DNA from: an uncultured Nitrososphaerales archaeon
Lineage (GTDB): Archaea; Thermoproteota; Nitrososphaeria; Nitrososphaerales; Nitrososphaeraceae
Direction of reading: 5' to 3'
DNA: 13,112 nt
Assembly (NCBI GenBank): GCA_963709405.1
Contig: CAVPXM010000008.1
Span: 1 to 13,112, forward strand
The notes beneath the pieces were generated by a model. That model saw only the letters and a list, made by a program, of their open reading frames with translations, had not been told where the DNA came from and did no database searches. How positions within the stretch are numbered: the first letter of the stretch is position 1; each line of letters opens with the position of its first letter. Below are positions 8,385 to 13,112 of this stretch, piece by piece. Made by a program: the position numbers and the translations under genes.

Positions 8385-8719
8385 TAACAACATTAAAAGA
8401 TGTAGGCGTTATCATAATGGGAATAATTGTATTGGCAATCCTTTTTGGACCGTATGTTGCCAATTCAATATCCATCGTAAATAAAACATGTAAAAGGCTA
8501 ACGAGAAAACTTAAGGTTAGTTGTGATATACTTCGCAGAAACATCAAAGGATCAAATAAGCGCAAATCAGATCATAGTTTGATATCAATAGCTTTCATTC
8601 CTGTCTGTGAAATTATCAGTATATTTATACTCATGAATTTGCCTGGTATACATATCCTTACATTTTCATTATTAAGAATACCATTGCTCTTGCATAAGGA
8701 AATGATAATAGCATTATGA
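8372..8719 (+). CDS. Small membrane protein; diverged paralogue of the KdpA N-terminus (no pore/selectivity filter)
   Basis: MTYVVTTLKDVGVIIMGIIVLAILFGPYVANSISI aligns with KdpA MTYV-DTIIELAVVLVGTLGMAIPFGLYIARMISF (15/35 identical), followed by a basic loop and a second hydrophobic segment. The stop overlaps the next start (ATGA). Confidence 0.65.
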   Translation: MTYVVTTLKDVGVIIMGIIVLAILFGPYVANSISIVNKTCKRLTRKLKVSCDILRRNIKGSNKRKSDHSLISIAFIPVCEIISIFILMNLPGIHILTFSLLRIPLLLHKEMIIAL

Positions 8720-9379
8720 TGAAAAAAGACGATATAGCTATCCTGAGTAAGAACACAACACAAGAAATAATATCGGACAAAATTAATGCATTAGGCACGA
8801 GACTACAGCTCACAGACAAGGTAATTCATAAAATCGAGTATATCTATGATAAAGCTAAGGAAGTAGGACTAGTTCGGGGAAGGGGTTCTTATATCAGTAC
8901 TTGCAGCTGCTGCATATGTAGCTTGTAGACAATTAGGAGTAACAAAAACAATGACTGATTTTACATCAATATTACATGTAGGACGAAAGCAGCTATCAAG
9001 GAATTATAGATTACTCATTAACAAACTCTCTCTCAAGATACCAAATAATGATCCTTTCATACTTCTTGATCAGTTGGCAAACAAATGCAATGTTGGAGAG
9101 GAAACAAAACGTCAAGCAAATATACTTATGAACTATTCATTACGAAATGATTTTCATGTTGGAAAGAATCCAATGTCGATAGTTGGTTCAGTACTTTACA
9201 TTGCGTGTGCCACTACATTAGAAAATCGTAGTCAAACAGCCGTTGCTAAGGCAGCGGGGATAACTAGTGTCACTCTTGGGAGTAGAATCAAGGATTTAAA
9301 AGAATTGCTTTGCAGTAGCAATAACAATAATAGAGCCTTATCGGATGGATATCAGCAGAACATCTTTAGTATCATTTAA
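8716..9379 (+). CDS. tfb: Transcription factor B (TFB/TFIIB) core-only paralogue, two cyclin repeats, with one +1 indel in G4 at 8882-8885
   Basis: ORFs 8716-8928 and 8951-9379 join after removing one G: ...GLVRGRVLISVLAAAAYVACRQLG...GKNPMSIVGSVLYIAC...SQTAVAKAAGITSVTLGSRIKDL (~220 aa). No N-terminal CxxC..CxxC Zn ribbon. Confidence 0.85.
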
Positions 9380-9397
9380 TGGATCTGGATCATTGAA

Positions 9398-9967
9398 TTG
9401 AAGTCAGGCGATACTGTTGTGAATTATCAACTAATTGATGACATCAATCTTAAAATTATTGATATTTTAAATAAAGATGCTTCAACATCATTTGTTGATA
9501 TAGCAAAACGAATAGGTGTATCAGATGCAACTGTGCATATTAGAGTTAGAAGAATGATTGCAGCAGGTATAATCAACAAATTTACAATATCTGTAGATAA
9601 TGACCTTCTAGGATATGATCACCTGGCATTTATGGGAGTAAATATTTCGCCTGGTTCTGCAGATCAGATCATATCAGATCTATTAAGAGTTGAGGAAGTT
9701 TTAGAAATGCATGAATTGCATGGTAAATTTGATCTATTGCTAAAGATACGTGCTAAGAATTTAAATCAGATGAGAGATATAGTAGAGAATAAGATTTGTA
9801 AAATCCCTCATATTTTTAAAATAGAGTTAATGACTGTACTAAAAACAAAAAAGGAAGAACAAACTGTATCTCTTGAGAAGGATATTGAATATAATGACAT
9901 GCTACATTTAAATGAGGATCACTTAAAATCATCATCATTTTCTAACTTGTCACTTATCAGGGGTTAA
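9398..9967 (+). CDS. Lrp/AsnC family transcriptional regulator
   Basis: IDDINLKIIDILNKDASTSFVDIAKRIGVSDATVHIRVRRMIAAGII HTH plus a RAM domain (ELHGKFDLLLKI). The true start may be GTG 9419, after AGGCGA. Confidence 0.93.
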   Translation: MKSGDTVVNYQLIDDINLKIIDILNKDASTSFVDIAKRIGVSDATVHIRVRRMIAAGIINKFTISVDNDLLGYDHLAFMGVNISPGSADQIISDLLRVEEVLEMHELHGKFDLLLKIRAKNLNQMRDIVENKICKIPHIFKIELMTVLKTKKEEQTVSLEKDIEYNDMLHLNEDHLKSSSFSNLSLIRG

Positions 9968-9972
9968 ATTAT

Positions 9973-10551
9973 TTGAATTTAGACGGGCAAGAGACTGTTA
10001 ATGAATTTGATCTCTTAAAGAATGTCATTGGCCTATCAAAGGTGACAATAGATAGGGCAAAATCTGTCGTCAGAGAAGCTAATAGAAGGAAGCTAATAAG
10101 AGGAAGGACTGCTTCAACACTAGTAACTTCAGCAGTATATAATCCATGTAGAGAAACAAACACACTACAGACTTTGCCTGATATTGCTGCAATACTTAAT
10201 GTGAAGCGAAAGAGATTAGGAAAGTGGTCTAGAATGCTAATGAATAGTCTTGACCTTAAAGTTCCTACAATTGATCCATTTGAATATATGATGAGACTAT
10301 CTGACATGATTAATGTTAACGAAAAGGTAAAACGCCTTGCAATAGATATATTGAATGATATTATCATCAAGGAGATACCTGCAGGAATAAATCCTATGGC
10401 TGTTGCAACATCCGTACTTTATATCTACTGTAAAAAGTCCGGACATCATACTACCCAACGCAATATCGCTAAAGCAGCTGGCATAACGGAAGTAACACTA
10501 AGAAATAGATTCACAGAACTTGAGAAGAAGAAGGTGTTGTATTTAAATTAA
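9973..10551 (+). CDS. tfb: Second TFB/TFIIB core-only paralogue (192 aa)
   Basis: LIRGRTASTLVTSAVYNPCRE, GINPMAVATSVLYIYC and the canonical C-terminal HTH TQRNIAKAAGITEVTLRNRFTEL. An in-frame stop at 9943-9945 precludes an N-terminal Zn ribbon. Confidence 0.88.
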   Translation: MNLDGQETVNEFDLLKNVIGLSKVTIDRAKSVVREANRRKLIRGRTASTLVTSAVYNPCRETNTLQTLPDIAAILNVKRKRLGKWSRMLMNSLDLKVPTIDPFEYMMRLSDMINVNEKVKRLAIDILNDIIIKEIPAGINPMAVATSVLYIYCKKSGHHTTQRNIAKAAGITEVTLRNRFTELEKKKVLYLN

Positions 10552-11291
10552 TGCAATTATTGGCAATAGTCACATTACATGATGCATGTCCTGCTTTTTC
10601 CTCAAGAACATTTGAGATTACTGAACAGCTTGAAAAACTGGAAGTAAGATATAATATTGGCCTTGTACCTTTCTTTAACGGAGAACAAGACCTCCCGAGG
10701 TTTCCTAAATTTGTAAAACAAATCGAGTGCTGTAGCGCAGAGATCGCTTTACATGGTCTTTATCATGAAAACAAGAGGCATCAGATTGATGACTTTAGTA
10801 CAAGGACGAAAGCATATGCAGAGCAAGAGATACGAGCAGGACTCCAAATATTCCAACAGGTTGGACTCTATCCGACTATATTTATTCCTCCGTGCTGGAA
10901 ATTAAACATTGATTCGATTGGAGTCTTGAGTAAACTCAGATTTAGACTAACAGAGATGCAGGAGCGATTAGTATTGCTATTTAAGAGAACATTTAGGAAA
11001 ATACGTGTTCCAAAAGTCCTGAACTGGGATTCTTGTGGAGACCCAGAAAAGAATATTGCAAATATTGATATAAACAGAAGACATTTCAAAATCTTAATCC
11101 AGGAAAAAGCAGAAATAATTAGAATTGCACTGCATCCTAGAGATCCACGTATTGCGTTTAGAGATCAAATGAATATGATATTGCAGTTGAAGGAACAAGG
11201 GTATCAATTCCTAACATACAGTGAACTTGTATCTAAATTTTCTATTTCTCATACTAGTGCTACAAGAAAGATCAACTTAACTTCCTTATAG
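10551..11291 (+). CDS. Polysaccharide deacetylase-like protein (CE4/NodB superfamily, DUF2334-type)
   Basis: TLHDACP, EIALHGLYH, FIPPCW and RIALHPRD motifs. Start overlaps the tfb stop (TAATG). Confidence 0.85.
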   Translation: MQLLAIVTLHDACPAFSSRTFEITEQLEKLEVRYNIGLVPFFNGEQDLPRFPKFVKQIECCSAEIALHGLYHENKRHQIDDFSTRTKAYAEQEIRAGLQIFQQVGLYPTIFIPPCWKLNIDSIGVLSKLRFRLTEMQERLVLLFKRTFRKIRVPKVLNWDSCGDPEKNIANIDINRRHFKILIQEKAEIIRIALHPRDPRIAFRDQMNMILQLKEQGYQFLTYSELVSKFSISHTSATRKINLTSL

Positions 11292-11388
11292 CCATTTTTA
11301 TGATAGATACATGTTCACCATCTTCAGGGTGTTAAGTCTCATGGCAACCTCTTCTTCAGAATCTGCCGTATGAGTTGGGGTAAGATAT

Positions 11389-12993
11389 TTGGAAATACTT
11401 GCAGCATTTATTCAATCATTAATCCAGACTAAATCAGCATTTTTTATTACAAATAACCTTTTGCTTCCACTCGTATTAATAATATTGAATGCACTATGGA
11501 TTTATTTATTTGCCATATCCCTGAGAAATTACTATCGTACTCCATCCATCGATCACAATCGGCAAGCCAAATCATCATCAACATGCAACAATTTGAATCA
11601 GATTAACATTAAAGATCGTTGTGGTGATACTGAATTACCATTTGTAAGTATAATAGTACCTGCCAGGAACGAGCAAAATCATATTGCAAGATGTCTGACG
11701 TCTTTACTCAGCCAAGATTATCCTAACTTTGAGATAATTGCAGTAAACGACAATTCTACTGATAACACCCTTAAAATCATGCATGAAATACAAAAGGGTT
11801 ATCTCTGCGAGGGTACAGGATCTCTATCTCAACAACGGCAAAAACTAGAATTCACCAATGGAAATTCTAATATTTTTTCCATTAATTCAAATACTTTAAC
11901 TTCAGTTAATGGTAATAGAAGAAGAAGAAGAACTGACGATGCAACTGTAACTGTATCGTTAGGAGAAAAAGATTTCATGCCAATTAGCGGCAATAATAAT
12001 AATAAAAATAGTCGCGAGAAACTAAGAATAATATCACTAAAAGATAAACCAAAAGGCTGGACTGGTAAGAGTTGGGCCTCACAACAAGGCTATATTTGTA
12101 GCAAAGGAGACATTTTGATTTTTACTGATGCAGATACTTGTTATATCAATAAGGATACTATCATATCATCTATCTCTTATTTCAAGAAAGAAAATCTAGA
12201 TGTACTTACGGGTTTTCCTTTCGTTGAGCTACGAGATTTCTGGTCAAAGATGGTAAATCCAGTCTGGAATCTAATTGGTACCCTTTTCGGATATAGTGCA
12301 TTCGATATTAACAATCCTGAATCTAAGGCGGCTAGTCTCATGGGTTGCTTCATTGCAATAAAAAGAAAAGTCTTTGAAGATATCGGGACCTATAAAGTGA
12401 TCCGTAGTAATATCAGAGAAGATGAAGCACTTGGAATAAGAACAAAAGAAGTGGGCTATAAAATTGGAGGCGTGCAAATGGATAAAAGCTTAACTGCTTT
12501 ATGGTCTAGCGACCTCCTTACGTTGTGGCATGGTATAGCGAGAACAATAGTGCCAGCACTTCTTAATACGAACGGAAAGAAGAAGAGAAAAGTGATTCGT
12601 AATCTATTGGTTATATTTCTTATGACCTTATTCCCTTTTATTTTGCTTCCATACAGTTTTGGTATCGCGAGAGTTCCAGACTCAAACCCAACATTATATA
12701 ATTATAGGGTTGATAATTCAAACTTTATACTGGATCAATCATCTAAACTCTTGGACCAAATACATTTCATGATACTATTGTTGAATTTATCTGCATGTAT
12801 TGGATTGTTTGCTGGATCGAGTGCGAAAGCATGGAGATTCAAGATCTCCCTTGTTTATGCTATTATCTCACCATTTGGAGCTGCATTTCTTGTTGTTGCT
12901 TACGTTACCAATATTATATTGTCTTTAATGATACAGATTAAAAAAAATGGACAGTCGGTAGTATGGCGAGATAGACAATATCTGCTTAGATAG
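11389..12993 (+). CDS. Membrane-bound family 2 glycosyltransferase (HpnB/CrtQ-like architecture)
   Basis: N-terminal TM, VSIIVPARNE, NDNSTDNT, PKGWTGK, FTDADT (DxD), GCFIAIKR, IREDEALG and three C-terminal TM segments. Confidence 0.9.
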   Translation: MEILAAFIQSLIQTKSAFFITNNLLLPLVLIILNALWIYLFAISLRNYYRTPSIDHNRQAKSSSTCNNLNQINIKDRCGDTELPFVSIIVPARNEQNHIARCLTSLLSQDYPNFEIIAVNDNSTDNTLKIMHEIQKGYLCEGTGSLSQQRQKLEFTNGNSNIFSINSNTLTSVNGNRRRRRTDDATVTVSLGEKDFMPISGNNNNKNSREKLRIISLKDKPKGWTGKSWASQQGYICSKGDILIFTDADTCYINKDTIISSISYFKKENLDVLTGFPFVELRDFWSKMVNPVWNLIGTLFGYSAFDINNPESKAASLMGCFIAIKRKVFEDIGTYKVIRSNIREDEALGIRTKEVGYKIGGVQMDKSLTALWSSDLLTLWHGIARTIVPALLNTNGKKKRKVIRNLLVIFLMTLFPFILLPYSFGIARVPDSNPTLYNYRVDNSNFILDQSSKLLDQIHFMILLLNLSACIGLFAGSSAKAWRFKISLVYAIISPFGAAFLVVAYVTNIILSLMIQIKKNGQSVVWRDRQYLLR

Positions 12994-13112
12994 GTAGATC
13001 TAATGCTTTTATTGTACTCCTAAAACTTTCCTATAAGGTATAGACACGATACATACATGGTTAATTAATCCTTTAATGTTCTCTTTACTTGTAAATTAAC
13101 ATATAGATTAGA

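Noticed and set aside
8372-9379. Membrane-tethered mini-KdpA-TFB fusion protein
   Set aside because: It would need a -1 (or double +1) indel within 8698-8716, unlike the single +1 errors seen elsewhere. The clean ATGA overlap favours two coupled genes.
8377-12477. Minus-strand ORFs 8377-8565, 8572-8763, 9969-10370, 10868-11089 and 12271-12477
   Set aside because: Antisense to better-supported plus-strand genes; no motifs or ribosome-binding sites noted.
1-13112. CRISPR array, tRNA/rRNA, transposase or integrase
   Set aside because: No regularly spaced repeats, no GC-rich structured RNA segment and no recombinase motifs were seen by eye.

Overview
AT-rich archaeal chromosomal segment, most likely from an ammonia-oxidising Nitrososphaeraceae-type thaumarchaeote. 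That assignment is inferred from the TFB and Lrp genes, GGTGA Shine-Dalgarno sites and Asn/Thr-rich low-complexity protein inserts. The minus strand carries a K+-transporting Kdp operon (kdpA, kdpB broken by four +1 indels, kdpC, and a 28-aa kdpF-like gene unusually placed after kdpC). It is followed by ccdA and a membrane-anchored DipZ-type thioredoxin, convergent with a small YodL-like ORF. Divergent from kdpA, the plus strand carries a tightly packed cluster: a 115-aa membrane ORF that is a diverged copy of the KdpA N-terminus, a Zn-ribbon-less TFB core (one +1 indel), an Lrp/AsnC regulator, a second Zn-ribbon-less TFB core, a DUF2334-type polysaccharide deacetylase and a GT2 glycosyltransferase. 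The start regions of kdpA and its mini-paralogue form a perfect 16-bp inverted repeat around the 559-bp divergent promoter region. The best candidate for an undescribed system is a KdpDE-independent archaeal Kdp control module (mini-KdpA + truncated TFBs + Lrp); this is an inference from gene context. No RNA genes, CRISPR arrays or transposases were recognised.
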